In this document: positions 35,230-45,739 of the stretch, one piece after another
How positions within the stretch are numbered: position 1 is the stretch's first letter
Layout: every line of letters begins with the position of its first letter
Assembly: GCA_963724895.1 (NCBI GenBank)
Contig: CAVRWE010000002.1
Span: 138,629-202,628, forward strand
DNA: 64,000 nt
Direction: 5' to 3'
Source: an uncultured Actinomycetes bacterium
GTDB lineage: Bacteria > Actinomycetota > Thermoleophilia > Gaiellales > Gaiellaceae
The notes under the pieces: model-generated
Told to the model about the DNA's origin: nothing
The model's input: the letters and a program-made list of their open reading frames with translations, nothing else
Database searches by the model: none
Program-made: the position numbers and the translations under genes

Positions 35230-36822
35230 GTGCCCGCACCCCGCCGCTTCGCACTCGTCCTCCTGCCCCTCGCGATCGCCTCGCTCGCGTCGGGCGCGGC
35301 GATCGGCGAGACCTCGCCACACACGAATGCCCCGGATCTGCTCGTTCGCCTCCGGTCCAATCCAGGTAGCAACGCGTCTGCCGCGCTCGTGCGCGCGGGC
35401 GGAACTCTTGTCGCCAAAGAGCTCTCTCTCTGGAAGCTTCCTGCCAGCAGCGCCGCGAAGACCGTTCGAGCGTTGCGCGCATCGCGGAGTGTTGCCTTCT
35501 CCGAGCCCGAAAGGAGGTACGCCGCGAGTGTCTCCGCGCTCACCCTCTCCGACCCGCTCGTCCCGCACGAGTGGTGGCGCGCTGCGATCGGCGTCGACCA
35601 GTTGACGCCCCCGGGCCCAGGCGTCCCGGTCTCCGTCGTCGATTCGGGCGTCGACGTCGAGCATCCGGAGCTCGCGGGGCGGCCGAATCTCGCATTGCTC
35701 AATCCACAGGAGCCGCAGCCACTCGGTGGCGTCCACGGCACCGCTGTCGCTTCGGTCGTGGGAGCACAAGAGAACGGCGTCGGGATCGTCGGCATCTACC
35801 CGGACGCAATCCTCCGCAGTTGGGATGCGGCGACCGGCCTCGGGACCGAGCTCACCTCGAGCGGGATCGTCAACGGGATCCTCTCCGCCTCGGTTGCAGG
35901 AAGGAGCGTCATAAACCTGAGCCTGGGAGGGCCGGGTCGAGATCCCGCGATCGAGGCGGCCGTCAACCTAGCCGTCGCGCGTGGCTCGCTCGTCGTCGCA
36001 GCCTCCGGAAACGACGGTGACCGAGGGAATGCCCTTGGCTACCCCGCCGCCTACCCGCACGTCCTGACCGTCGGGGCGACGCAGCCGGACGGGTCGGTCG
36101 CGCCATTCTCGAGCACGTCGCGCTTCGTCGACCTCGCCGCTCCAGGGGTAGAGATCCCGGTTGCCGCTGTCGATCCGGAGACCGGGGCGACGGGCTGGGC
36201 GCTCGAGGACGGAACGAGCTTCGCCTCGCCGCTCGTGGCAGGCGCCGCCGCTTGGGTGTGGACGGCCCGCTCCGCACTCAGCGCCGATCAGGTGGCGCAG
36301 ATCCTGCGTGCCAGCGCAACGGACATCGGCGCTCCCGGCCGTGATCCGGCCAGCGGGTTCGGGCTCCTCAACGTGCCTGCGGCACTTGCTCGGCCAGCTC
36401 CCGTCATGGATCAAGCAGAGCCCAACGACGATGTCGCGCAGGTGACCCCTGGACGCATCGGCTACCACGGCACGCTCGCACTGACCCGAAGGACGAAGAC
36501 GTCCAACCGCACGAGCGGCCGCGTCGACGCGGCCGAGGATCCGCGGGACGTGTACCGCGTCTGGCTCCCGAAGGGAAAGTTCCTGGCGGCGCGCGCGTCG
36601 GCCGACGCGGCCGTCTCGGTCACGCTCGCGCGCGCAGGTGCGAGGTCGGTCGCCTCCGGCGTCGCGCGCACCGATCGGCTCGTCCGGGGGGCGTCGACGT
36701 CCGCCGGCGCCTCGCTCGCCTACCGAAACCCCGGCAAGGGGCGCGGGCGCTTCGTGCTCGTCGTCGTCACCCCGGAGACGGCGAAGATCACCACGTACAC
36801 GCTGTCGGTCACCGCGCGATAG
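35230..36822 (+). CDS. Secreted S8 (subtilisin-like) serine peptidase
   Basis: It has a signal peptide and the catalytic triad motifs VSVVDSGVD, HGTAVASVV and GTSFASPLVAGAAAW. Confidence 0.88.
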   Translation: MPAPRRFALVLLPLAIASLASGAAIGETSPHTNAPDLLVRLRSNPGSNASAALVRAGGTLVAKELSLWKLPASSAAKTVRALRASRSVAFSEPERRYAASVSALTLSDPLVPHEWWRAAIGVDQLTPPGPGVPVSVVDSGVDVEHPELAGRPNLALLNPQEPQPLGGVHGTAVASVVGAQENGVGIVGIYPDAILRSWDAATGLGTELTSSGIVNGILSASVAGRSVINLSLGGPGRDPAIEAAVNLAVARGSLVVAASGNDGDRGNALGYPAAYPHVLTVGATQPDGSVAPFSSTSRFVDLAAPGVEIPVAAVDPETGATGWALEDGTSFASPLVAGAAAWVWTARSALSADQVAQILRASATDIGAPGRDPASGFGLLNVPAALARPAPVMDQAEPNDDVAQVTPGRIGYHGTLALTRRTKTSNRTSGRVDAAEDPRDVYRVWLPKGKFLAARASADAAVSVTLARAGARSVASGVARTDRLVRGASTSAGASLAYRNPGKGRGRFVLVVVTPETAKITTYTLSVTAR

Positions 36823-37001
36823 CTGCCAGCCCTCTAACGCAATTCCGACCCACCTCTCGCGAGGACATCGGGGCGCGGTCGCCGCGAGGATCACGATCCG
36901 AAACCTGAGGCCAGACTCGGCGACCTGCACGAGCCACGCCAAGAATCGAACTGCGCACGCGATTTAGGAACCAGGGCGCCGCAGGCCCGCGGCCCGGCCG
37001 A

Positions 37002-37036
37002 GCATCACCCCCGGCATCACCCCCGGGCATCACCCC
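37002..37036. repeat. Three tandem copies of about 12 nt (GGCATCACCCCC)
   Basis: GCATCACCCCC / GGCATCACCCCC / GGGCATCACCCC. The third copy contains the padR stop codon (TCA 37030-37032 on the plus strand). Confidence 0.8.
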
Positions 37037-37569
37037 TTGGGCAGCGCCCGCCAGCTCGGCGAGCGCAGCTCCACGATCGCCTCGTCGAGCCACTCGATCG
37101 TCGCCGCGATGGTGTGCTTCCCGCCTTCGAGCGCGATGCGGAACATCCTCGCTTTCCGGCCGGGTCCGGTCGGCTCCGCCTCGATCCGCTCGAGCTCGGC
37201 GAGCATTTCCTGCCAGTACGCCCGCTCGCGCTCGAGAAGCGTGGCTGCCTCCTCGGGCTCGAGCGCCCAGAGGAAGAACGTGCGCAGCGCCGCCTCGCTC
37301 CGCACCCGTCTGTCCGGCTCCGTCTCCAGCAACCAGCTCCGGATCTCCTCGAGCCCGCGCGAAGTGAGGGCATACGTCTTCGAGCCGCGCGCGCCGGTCT
37401 CGGTCTGCTCGATCAGGCCGTCCTCGAGGAGCCGCGCGAGCTCCGGGTAGATCTGGCTGTGGCTCGCAGGCCACGCGTACGCGAGGGACTGCTCGAAGTG
37501 CTTGAGGAGCGCGTATCCCGTCCGTGGCTGGTCGGCGAGGGAGCCCAGGAGTGCGTGGCGGAGCGACAT
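37030..37569 (-). CDS. PadR family transcriptional regulator
   Basis: The product starts MSLRHALLGSLADQPRTGYALLKHFEQSLAYAWPASHSQIYPELARLLEDGLIE, a PadR winged helix. ATG 37569 is preferred over the adjacent TTG 37572. Confidence 0.88.
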   Translation of the reverse strand: MSLRHALLGSLADQPRTGYALLKHFEQSLAYAWPASHSQIYPELARLLEDGLIEQTETGARGSKTYALTSRGLEEIRSWLLETEPDRRVRSEAALRTFFLWALEPEEAATLLERERAYWQEMLAELERIEAEPTGPGRKARMFRIALEGGKHTIAATIEWLDEAIVELRSPSWRALPKG

Positions 37570-37573
37570 CAAT

Positions 37574-37622
37574 ATGTCAGTCTTGACATGTCAAACTAGA
37601 TATAAGAGCATGTCACGACATG
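37574..37622. promoter_or_regulatory. Cluster of ATGTCA/TGACAT palindromes in the padR-hydrolase divergent region (candidate PadR operator)
   Basis: ATGTCAgtctTGACATGTCA includes the perfect 10-nt palindrome TGACATGTCA at 37584-37593. CATGTCACGACATG is a 14-nt palindrome at 37609-37622. Together they fill the whole 50-nt intergenic space. Confidence 0.55.
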
Positions 37623-38387
37623 CGGACGGCCGTCACCACCGCCCTCGTCCTCCTCGCTGCAGTGCTGAGCCTGACCGCCGCCGGTCCTGGCATTTCCACC
37701 CCGAGCTATCCCGCGCATGCCTGCGCCGGCGGCGGCGAGCTCCGGTTTCGAGCGCCTGACGGCACGAGGCTCGTCGGGCACCGATTCGGGAGCGCGAAGC
37801 CCAATCCGCGCCGCACCGCGGTCGTGCTCGCGCACATGTCGGTCGGTGACCTCTGCCAGTGGGTGCCGTTCGCCAGACGCCTTGCTCGGCAGGGGCTCTT
37901 CGTGTTCCCGTTCGACCTGCGCGGGCACGGCCTGTCCGAGGGCGCCGTGGACCACGCGCTCGCCGCGACGGACGTCGCGGCGGCGGTCCGGACGGCACGC
38001 AGGCTAGGAGCGAGGAAGGTCGTCGTGGTCGGCGCGTCGCTCGGCGGCATCGCCGCCCTCGTAGCGGCGCCCCGTCTCGGACGATCCGTGGCCGGCGTGG
38101 CCGCGATCTCCGCACCGGCCGCGATTGAGGGCGAGCTCGACGCCATGCCCGCCGTCCCGCAGATCGCTGTGCCGACGTTGTACGTGGCGGCGGCGGCCGA
38201 CCAGAACCCGCCGTACGACTTCGCGGCCGACGCGCGGACGCTGTACGAGGCGACCGGGACGCAAGCGAAGCGCCTGGCCCTCGTCGACGGATCGCTGCAC
38301 GGCGTGTTCCTGGTGGACGGATCGCCGAGCGTTCGCAATCTGCTGGTCGCGTTCCTGCGCAACCCGGCGCAAGCAGTTCGCTCCTGA
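37620..38387 (+). CDS. Secreted alpha/beta hydrolase
   Basis: It has a signal peptide, the nucleophile elbow VVGASLGG (G-x-S-x-G) and a C-terminal DGSLHG. Confidence 0.78.
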   Translation: MRTAVTTALVLLAAVLSLTAAGPGISTPSYPAHACAGGGELRFRAPDGTRLVGHRFGSAKPNPRRTAVVLAHMSVGDLCQWVPFARRLARQGLFVFPFDLRGHGLSEGAVDHALAATDVAAAVRTARRLGARKVVVVGASLGGIAALVAAPRLGRSVAGVAAISAPAAIEGELDAMPAVPQIAVPTLYVAAAADQNPPYDFAADARTLYEATGTQAKRLALVDGSLHGVFLVDGSPSVRNLLVAFLRNPAQAVRS

Positions 38388-38400
38388 GCGGCCTCTCGAC

Positions 38401-38919
38401 CTACTCGGGCTGCGCCCCGAGATCCTCCGCGACAAGCCCGAACAGGACGCTGTCCACCCACCGCTCGTTCCGCCAGTACGCCTTGCGGCGGACTCCCTCG
38501 CGCGTGAAGCCGGCGCGCTCCGCGTGCCGGATTGCACGCTCGTTGAACGCGTAGATCTCGAGCTGGAGGCGATGGAACCCGAGCTCGTCGATCAGATGCC
38601 GCTGGAAGAGCCGCGCAGCCTCGTCCGCGACGCGGCCGCCGCGGAAGTCGGGATGGACGGCGAGGCCGCCGAGATCGGCGATCCGGCTCCGCTGGTTCGC
38701 ACGCGTGAACTGCATCGTGCCGGCGCTCGCGCCGTCCATCTCGATCACGAAGACGCCGAAGGCCTCTGGATCCTCCTCGGAGCGGGCGATCTCGGCGGCG
38801 ACGGACTGGGCATCCCTCGGGCGGATCACCGCGAGGTACGGCTCGACGTCCTCGTGCGTGAAGAGCTCCGCCAGGAAGCCCACGTCGTCCGGTCGCGCAC
38901 GGCGGATGGAGGCGGTCAC
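38401..38919 (-). CDS. GNAT family N-acetyltransferase (RimJ/RimL-like)
   Basis: GTG 38919 overlaps the EamA stop (GTGA). The product carries IRRARPDDVGFLAELF..., GGLAVHPDFRGGRVADEAARL and NERAIRHAERAGFTREG. Confidence 0.8.
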   Translation of the reverse strand: MTASIRRARPDDVGFLAELFTHEDVEPYLAVIRPRDAQSVAAEIARSEEDPEAFGVFVIEMDGASAGTMQFTRANQRSRIADLGGLAVHPDFRGGRVADEAARLFQRHLIDELGFHRLQLEIYAFNERAIRHAERAGFTREGVRRKAYWRNERWVDSVLFGLVAEDLGAQPE

Positions 38920-39830
38920 GCGGGCTCCTCCTGCGAAGCTGCGCGCCGCGCGCCCAGCAGCCGGGCACCCGATGCGAGCGCGACCCCGGCGAGGATGAGC
39001 GCGAGCCCGGCGAGAGCGGCGACGGTCACGGCCTCGTCGAGGAAGACGGCGCCGTAGAAGACGGCGAAGGCCGGGATCAGGTACGTGACCAGCGAGAGCC
39101 GGCGCGACCCGAAGAGGCGGAGCATCCGGAACAGGATGAGCTGGGCGAACGCGGTTCCGACGATCGTCAACGCGAGGAGGCCGAAGATCGATCCGGCATC
39201 CGGCACGCTCTCGGGCGGCTGCAGGACGGCGACAGGCAAGAGGATCAGCCCGCCCGCGAGCATCGAGCCCGCTGCGAGCACCGGCCCGGGGACGGTGCGC
39301 ACGCGGAGCTGTCCGTAGACCCCGCCGGCCGCGTACAGGAGCGAGGAGAGGACGACGGCGAGCGTCCCGGCGACCACCCACCAGCCGCCGCCGTCACCCG
39401 GATGCACGCCGGCGAGCATCGCGACGCCCGCGAATCCGAGCGCGACGCCTGCGATGCGAGCGGCGCCGACGGACTCGTGGGGCAGGAAGCGCGTCGCGAG
39501 CAGGAACGTGAAGATCGGCACCGTCGACTGCGCGATGCCGGCGACGCTCGAGTCGATGTGCTTCTCGCCCCACGCGACGAGCCAGTACGGGAACGCGGCG
39601 TTGAGAGCTCCGAGCACGACGGCGGGCCTCCAGTGCACCACCAGGTCGCGAACGGCCTGCCCTCCGCCGCGAATCACCACGAGGTAGGCGGCGAGCATGA
39701 GGCCGGCCACGAGCGCGCGGAACGCCATCATCGGAGCAGGCTCGATGTCGTCGATGGCGAGCTTGATGAAGAGGTACGAAGCGCCCCAGATGGCTGCGAG
39801 GAGGATCAAGAGCGGCCAGTACCGGTTCAC
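38916..39830 (-). CDS. EamA/DMT superfamily transporter
   Basis: 10-TM pattern. The product starts LLILLAAIWGASYLFIKLAI... and shows a duplicated EamA repeat. Confidence 0.82.
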   Translation of the reverse strand: MNRYWPLLILLAAIWGASYLFIKLAIDDIEPAPMMAFRALVAGLMLAAYLVVIRGGGQAVRDLVVHWRPAVVLGALNAAFPYWLVAWGEKHIDSSVAGIAQSTVPIFTFLLATRFLPHESVGAARIAGVALGFAGVAMLAGVHPGDGGGWWVVAGTLAVVLSSLLYAAGGVYGQLRVRTVPGPVLAAGSMLAGGLILLPVAVLQPPESVPDAGSIFGLLALTIVGTAFAQLILFRMLRLFGSRRLSLVTYLIPAFAVFYGAVFLDEAVTVAALAGLALILAGVALASGARLLGARRAASQEEPA

Positions 39831-39928
39831 GCCCTGAGGCTACGCGAGCGCCGCGCCCGTCCCGGGCGGCACCGGTCGAGGCAGTCGGGGGCCGTCGATA
39901 AGCTGACGGTCTGAGCAGCGTCGCCAAC

Positions 39929-42025
39929 GTGCCGCTCCATCGTGCCCTCGGCCTCACGGACGGGGAGTACGAGCGCATCCAGGCCCTGCTCGAGCGCGAC
40001 CCGAACGACTTCGAGCTCGCCGTGTTCTCCCTGCTCTGGTCGGAGCACTGCGGCTACAAGCACTCGGCGCCGCTCCTGCGCCGTCTCCCGAGCCAGGGCG
40101 AGCGGGTGCTCCAGGGGCCCGGGGAGAATGCCGGCGTCCTCGACCTCGGAGAGGGTCTCGCGGTCGCGTTCAAGGTCGAGAGCCACAACCACCCGTCCGC
40201 GGTCGAGCCCTTCCAGGGCGCGGCGACCGGTGTGGGCGGGATCCTCCGCGACATCGCCGCGATGGGCGCACGGCCAGTGGCGCTGCTCGACGGGCTCCGC
40301 TTCGGCGCCCCCGACTGGCACTTCTCGCGCGCGGTCGGCGGCATCGGCCACTACGGCAACTGCGTGGGCGTCCCGACGGTCGGAGGAGAGGCGGTCTTCG
40401 ACGAGGCGTACCGGGACAACTGCCTCGTGAACGCGATGTGCGTGGGGCTGCTCCCTGTGGAGCGGCTCACGCGCGCCAAGGCGACGGGCACTGGCCACGC
40501 GGTGCTCCTCTACGGGGCGACAACCGGTCGAGACGGCATCGGCGGTGCGTCGGTGCTCGCGAGCCAGGAGCTCGACGACGGCTCGGCGGAGAAGCGGCCG
40601 TCGGTACAGATCGGCGACCCGTTCACCGGCAAGAAGCTCATCGAGGCCTCGGTCGAGCTCGGCCAGTCAGGGCTCGTCGAGTCTCTCCAGGACTGCGGCG
40701 CGGCGGGGATCGCGTCCGCCCTCTCGGAGATGGCCGCGGACTTCGGCATCGACGTCCACCTCGACCGGGTTCCGCTCCGCGAGCAGGGCATGGAGCCCTG
40801 GGAGGTGATGATCTCCGAGAGCCAGGAGCGGATGGTCGCGATCGTGCGACCGTCGCTGCTCGAGGCGGTCCAGGCGGTCCTCGACCGGTGGGAGCTCCAG
40901 CACGCGGTGGTCGGCGAGGTGACCGCGACCAGGGAGCTCCGCGCGTTCTGGGACGGGGAGCTCGTCGGCGAGGTCCCGACGCGCTTCCTCACCGACGAAT
41001 GCCCGCGCTACGACCTCGTGCTCGAGCCACGCGCGGCGGTCCCGGTTCGGGAGGTCGCGGACCCGCCCCCGGCGACGGACGCCCTCGTCGCCTTGCTCGC
41101 GTCCACGAACCTGCGAAGCCGCGAGTTCGTCTACCGCCGCTACGACCAGCTCGTCGGCTCGCGGACCGTGCGGCGTCCCGGGCTCGATGCCGCAGTGATC
41201 CGGCTGCGACCGTCGCTGCGCGGGCTCGCGGTCTCGCTCGACGGCCAAGGGCGTATCGCCCGGCTCGACCCGTTCGCGGGCGGCGCGCTCGCCGTCCTCG
41301 AGGCGGCACGCAACGTCGCGTGTGCGGGCGGAGAGCCGCTCGGGCTCACCGACTGCCTCAACTTCGGGAACCCGGAGAAGCCCGGGGTCGCGTGGGAGCT
41401 GACGGAGGCGGTCGAGGGGATGGCTGCGGCCTGCCGCGCGCTCGGTGTGCCCGTCGTCTCCGGGAACGTCTCGCTGTACAACGAGACGAACGGCCGTGCC
41501 ATCCATCCCACGCCGGTGGTCGGGGCGGTCGGCCTCGTGCAGGACGTGCGGCACGTCCCGAGGGGTTGGCACCCGGGGAACACGATCTTCGTCGCCGGAG
41601 GCTCCGAGGTCTCGCTCGCCGGCTCCGAGTACCAGGCGCTCTTCGGCGAGGTGGGAGGGAGCCCGCCTCGCCTCGACCTCGACGCCGAAGCGCGGCTCGT
41701 CTCCTTCCTCTGGCGGGCGGCGTCCTTCTGCACGCTTGCCCACGACGCCGCCGAGGGTGGGCTCGCCGTCTGCCTCGCGGAGGCTGCGCTGCACTCGGGG
41801 TGCGGGGCCAAGCTGGACCTCGATCTGGACGGGCACGAGCTCCATGGCGAGACGGGCGGACGCGCCGTGCTCGCCTGCCGCGCGGCGCAGGAGGACGACC
41901 TGATCGACCTCGCGGAGGAGCTCGCAGTGCCCCTGCGGATGGCGGGGTCTGCCGGAGGCGCTACGGTGCTCGGTGTGGAGCTCGAGCGCCTGCGGCAGGC
42001 GTGGAGCGGCGAGGAGGCCGCCTGA
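39929..42025 (+). CDS. purL: FGAM synthase subunit PurL
   Basis: It carries LSLLWSEHCGYKHS, VESHNHPSAVEPFQGAATGVGGILRD and the duplicated AIR-synthase-like domains. Confidence 0.95.
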   Translation: MPLHRALGLTDGEYERIQALLERDPNDFELAVFSLLWSEHCGYKHSAPLLRRLPSQGERVLQGPGENAGVLDLGEGLAVAFKVESHNHPSAVEPFQGAATGVGGILRDIAAMGARPVALLDGLRFGAPDWHFSRAVGGIGHYGNCVGVPTVGGEAVFDEAYRDNCLVNAMCVGLLPVERLTRAKATGTGHAVLLYGATTGRDGIGGASVLASQELDDGSAEKRPSVQIGDPFTGKKLIEASVELGQSGLVESLQDCGAAGIASALSEMAADFGIDVHLDRVPLREQGMEPWEVMISESQERMVAIVRPSLLEAVQAVLDRWELQHAVVGEVTATRELRAFWDGELVGEVPTRFLTDECPRYDLVLEPRAAVPVREVADPPPATDALVALLASTNLRSREFVYRRYDQLVGSRTVRRPGLDAAVIRLRPSLRGLAVSLDGQGRIARLDPFAGGALAVLEAARNVACAGGEPLGLTDCLNFGNPEKPGVAWELTEAVEGMAAACRALGVPVVSGNVSLYNETNGRAIHPTPVVGAVGLVQDVRHVPRGWHPGNTIFVAGGSEVSLAGSEYQALFGEVGGSPPRLDLDAEARLVSFLWRAASFCTLAHDAAEGGLAVCLAEAALHSGCGAKLDLDLDGHELHGETGGRAVLACRAAQEDDLIDLAEELAVPLRMAGSAGGATVLGVELERLRQAWSGEEAA

Positions 42026-42026
42026 G

Positions 42027-43403
42027 ATGTGCGGCGTCTTCGGCATCCGTTCCGAGGAACGCGACGTCTCCCGGCTCGCGTACTTCGGCCTCTTCGCGCT
42101 CCAACACCGGGGTCAGGAGTCGGCGGGGATCGCGGTCTCCGACAACGGCCGCCTCACCGTCGTCCGGGACATGGGTCTCGTGGCTCAGGTCTTCGACGAG
42201 CAGCAGCTTCAGGCCCTTCCAGGCGTGCTCGCCATCGGGCACACGCGGTACTCGACGACGGGTGCGAACCGCTGGGCCAACGCGCAGCCGCTGATCCACC
42301 ACGGCCGCGCGAGGACGATCGCGCTCGGCCACAACGGCAACCTCGTGAACGTGGAGGAGCTCCGGGCCGAGCTCGTCGCCGAGGGCGTCCGGCTCACCTC
42401 CGGCTCGGACTCCGAGGTGATCGCGGCGCTCATCGCGAGCGATCCCGCTCCTCTCGCCGAGGCAGTCGCGAGCACGATGGCGCGGCTGGAAGGCGCCTAC
42501 TCCGTGACCGCGCTCACGGAGGGCACGCTCGTCGCCTTCCGCGACCCGCTCGGCTTCCGCCCGCTCGAGCTCGGGCGGCTCGGCGACGACTGGGTGGTCG
42601 CGTCGGAGACCTGCGCGCTCGACCTGATCGGAGCCGAGATCGTCCGCGACATCCGACCCGGCGAGATCGTGAGCGTGGATGCCGACGGGCTCCACGCCGC
42701 CCAGGCCGTGCCGGCCGGCCCGAGCGCGCTCTGCATCTTCGAGCACGTCTACTTCGCGCGGCCCGACTCCCAGCTTGCAGGCGTGGAGGTGCACGGCGCC
42801 CGGGTGCGCATGGGCGAGCGGCTGGCGCGCGAGGCGCCGGTGGAAGCGGATCTGGTCATCCCGATCCCCGACTCCGGCACGCCTGCCGCGATCGGGTTCT
42901 CGAAGGCGTCGGGCATCCCGTTCGACGAGGGCTTCGTCAAGAACCGCTACGTCGCGCGGACGTTCATCCAGCCCGACCAGGGGATGCGCGAGCAGGGAAT
43001 CCGGATGAAGTTCAATCCGCTCGACGAGATCGACGGGAAACGGATCGTCGTCGTCGACGACTCGATCGTCCGCGGGAACACGATGCGTCAGCTCGTCGCG
43101 ATGCTCGTCGATGCCGGCGCCGCCGAGGTGCACGTGCGCATCTCCTCGCCGCCCGTCGTCTCGCCGTGCTTCTACGGGATCGACATGGCCGACGAGGACG
43201 AGCTCGCGGCGGCCCACCGGTCGGTGGAGGAGATGCGCGAGCTCGTCGGCGCGACGTCGCTCCACTATCTCTCGGTCGAGGGGATGCAGGAGGCGACGAC
43301 GCTGCCGGAGGACGCCGTCTGCCGCGCCTGCTTCACGCGCGCCTACCCGACGCGCGTGCCCGAGAGGGCTGCGAAGCTCCGCTTCGAGCCCGCAACGGCG
43401 TAA
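42027..43403 (+). CDS. purF: Amidophosphoribosyltransferase
   Basis: The product starts MCGVFGI (Ntn Cys after Met) and carries LQHRGQESAGI, GHTRYST, the PRTase loop VVVDDSIVRGNT, and FeS Cys residues near the C-terminus. Confidence 0.95.
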   Translation: MCGVFGIRSEERDVSRLAYFGLFALQHRGQESAGIAVSDNGRLTVVRDMGLVAQVFDEQQLQALPGVLAIGHTRYSTTGANRWANAQPLIHHGRARTIALGHNGNLVNVEELRAELVAEGVRLTSGSDSEVIAALIASDPAPLAEAVASTMARLEGAYSVTALTEGTLVAFRDPLGFRPLELGRLGDDWVVASETCALDLIGAEIVRDIRPGEIVSVDADGLHAAQAVPAGPSALCIFEHVYFARPDSQLAGVEVHGARVRMGERLAREAPVEADLVIPIPDSGTPAAIGFSKASGIPFDEGFVKNRYVARTFIQPDQGMREQGIRMKFNPLDEIDGKRIVVVDDSIVRGNTMRQLVAMLVDAGAAEVHVRISSPPVVSPCFYGIDMADEDELAAAHRSVEEMRELVGATSLHYLSVEGMQEATTLPEDAVCRACFTRAYPTRVPERAAKLRFEPATA

Positions 43404-45739
43404 GACGCCGCAGCACGGCCTCTGGCCGGCGCAGCACACGCGCGATCAGAACCTCGAGCGCTCGCTGGCCGCGAACCGGCCCACGGGCGCTGATCCAGAT
43501 GGCGACCGGCTCGGGCAAGACGTTCACCGCGGCGAACGTCGCCTACCGGCTCATCAAGCACGGCGACGCGCGCCGGATCCTCTTCCTCGTCGACCGCGCG
43601 AACCTCGGCCGGCAGACGCTCAAGCGAGTTCCAGGGCTTCACGACGCCCGGACGACGGCCGCAAGTTCACCGAGCTCTACAACGTCCAGCACCTCTCCTC
43701 GAACCGGATCGACCCGGTCGCGCGCGTCACGATCTCGACGATCCAGCGGCTCTACTCGATCCTCCGCGGCGATGCCGAGCTCGACCCGGAGCTCGACGAG
43801 CACTCGGCGTACGAGCTCGACCGACCGAGCCCGTGCCGGTCGAGTACAACGCGCGACGTCCCGCCGGAGACGTTCGACGTCGTGATCGTCGACGAGTGCC
43901 ACCGCTCGATCTACGGCGTCTGGCGGCAGGTGCTCGACTACTTCGACGCGTTCACGATCGGGCTGACCGCGACGCCGAACAAGCAGACGTTCGGCTTCTT
44001 CGACCAGAACCTCGTCATGGAGTACACCCACGAGCAGGCGGTCGCCGACCAGCGTCAACGTCGACTTCGACGTCTACCGCATCCGGACCGAGATCACCGA
44101 GCAGCGGCTCGACGATCGACGCCGGGCACTCGTGACCGAGTTCCGCGACCGCCAGACGCGCGCGCATCGCGCTGGGAGCAGCTCGACGACGACCTCGCCT
44201 ACACCGCGAGCCGAGCTCGACCGCGCGGTCGTCGCGCGCGACCAGATCCGCACGGTGCTGCGAGACCTTCCGCGACCGCCTGTTCACCGAGATCTTCCCC
44301 GGCCGCACGCGAGGTGCCGAAGACGCTGATCTTCGCCAAGGACGACGCGCACGCCGACGACATCGTCCAGCATCGTGCGCGAGGTCTTCGGCAAGGGCAA
44401 CGACTTCGCGGTGAAGATCACCTACAAGGCCGACCGGCGCGGAAGACCGACGAGCTGATCGCGGCGTTCCGCAACTCGCTACAACCCGCGGATCGCGGTG
44501 ACCGTCGACATGATCGCCACCGGCACCGACGTGAAGCCGCTCGAGTGCGTCTTCTTCATGCGCGCGGTGAAGAGCCGGACGTACTTCGAGCAGATGAAGG
44601 GCCGCGGCGTCCGCGTGATCGACCGACGCCGACTTCCAGGCGGTCGACGCCCGACGCCGACGGCGAAGGACCGCTTCGTGATCGTCGACGCGGTCGGCGT
44701 CACCGAGAGCGAGCTCGTCGACACGCGTCGCCGCTCGACCGCAAGCCGACGGTGGCGCTCGAGAGGCTGCTGCGGCAGGTCTCCTATCGGCGTGCGCGAC
44801 GCCGGACGTCGATCTCGGCGATCGCCGTCGCGCCTCGCGCGGCTCGACCGCCGGCTCTCACCGACGACGCAGCGCGCCGAGCTCGAGGCGCTCGCCGGCG
44901 GGGCAGACGCTCCGCGAGATCGCCGGCGGCATGGTCGACGCGCTCGACCCCGACCGCCAGCTCGCCGCCGCGCTGCGAGGCGACGCGGCACGGAGGAGCC
45001 CGTGCGGTGGACGCGATCGCCGACGCGCCGCGCGCACGCTCCTCGACGCAGCAGTCGCGCCGCTCGCGCACGAGCCCCGAGCTGCGCGAGCGGCTCGTCG
45101 AGCTCCGCCGCACGCCACGAGCAGGCGATCGACGAGATCTCGGCCGACGAAGGTGCTCGAGGCCGGCTACTCGAAGGAGGCCGCCGACCGCGCGCGCTCG
45201 ACCGTCGAGTCCTGGGAGCTGTTCTGTCGAGGAGCAACCGCGACGAGATCACGGCGCTCCAGGTCCTCTACTCCCGCCGTACGCCGAGCGGCTGACGTTC
45301 GCGCGAGGTGAAAGAGCTCGTCGCAGGCGATCGAGACGCCGCCGCACGGCTGGACGCCCGAGCGGCTCTGGCAGGCGTACGAGGCGCTCGACCGCTCGAC
45401 GCGTGCGCGGCTCCGGGCAGCGTGTGCTCACCGACCTCGTCTCGCTCGTCCGCGTCGCGCTGCACGCAGGACGACGAGCTCGTGCCGTACCCCGAGCTCG
45501 TCCGCGAGCGCTTCCACGCCTGGCTCCTCGCAGCAGGAGAACGCGGGACGAGATGTTCACGCCCGAGCAGCTCGCCTGGCTCGAGGATCCGCGACCACGT
45601 CGCGGCCTCGCTCGGGATCACGGTGGACGACTTCGGCTACACGCCGTTCGTCGAGGACGGCGGGCTCGGCAAGGCCGAGGTGTTCGGCGACGACCTCGGG
45701 CCGCTACTCGACGAGCTCAACGAGGTGCTCGTCGCGTGA
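43404..45739 (+). pseudogene. hsdR: Type I restriction enzyme HsdR (EcoEI-R-type C-terminus), 5'-truncated and heavily frameshifted
   Basis: It is readable only by frame-hopping. Recognisable pieces are RALIQMATGSGKTFTAANVAYRLIKHGDARRILFLVDRANLGRQTLK | EFQGFTTP | DDGRKFTELYNVQ..., FDVVIVDECHRSIYG, TIGLTATPNKQTF, EVPKTLIFAKDDAHADDIVQ and MIATGTDVKPLECVFFMRAVKSRTYFEQMKGRGVR. The tail reads ...FTPEQLAWLE | IRDHVAASLGITVDDFGYTPFVEDGGLGKAEVFGDDLGPLLDELNEVLVA*. There is no start codon or nuclease domain; readable sequence starts right after the purF TAA. Confidence 0.85.

Noticed and set aside
37002-37036. A short repeat cluster, considered as a possible CRISPR array.
   Set aside because: It has only three contiguous 12-nt units with no spacers, and no cas genes lie in the window. 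It is a simple tandem repeat.
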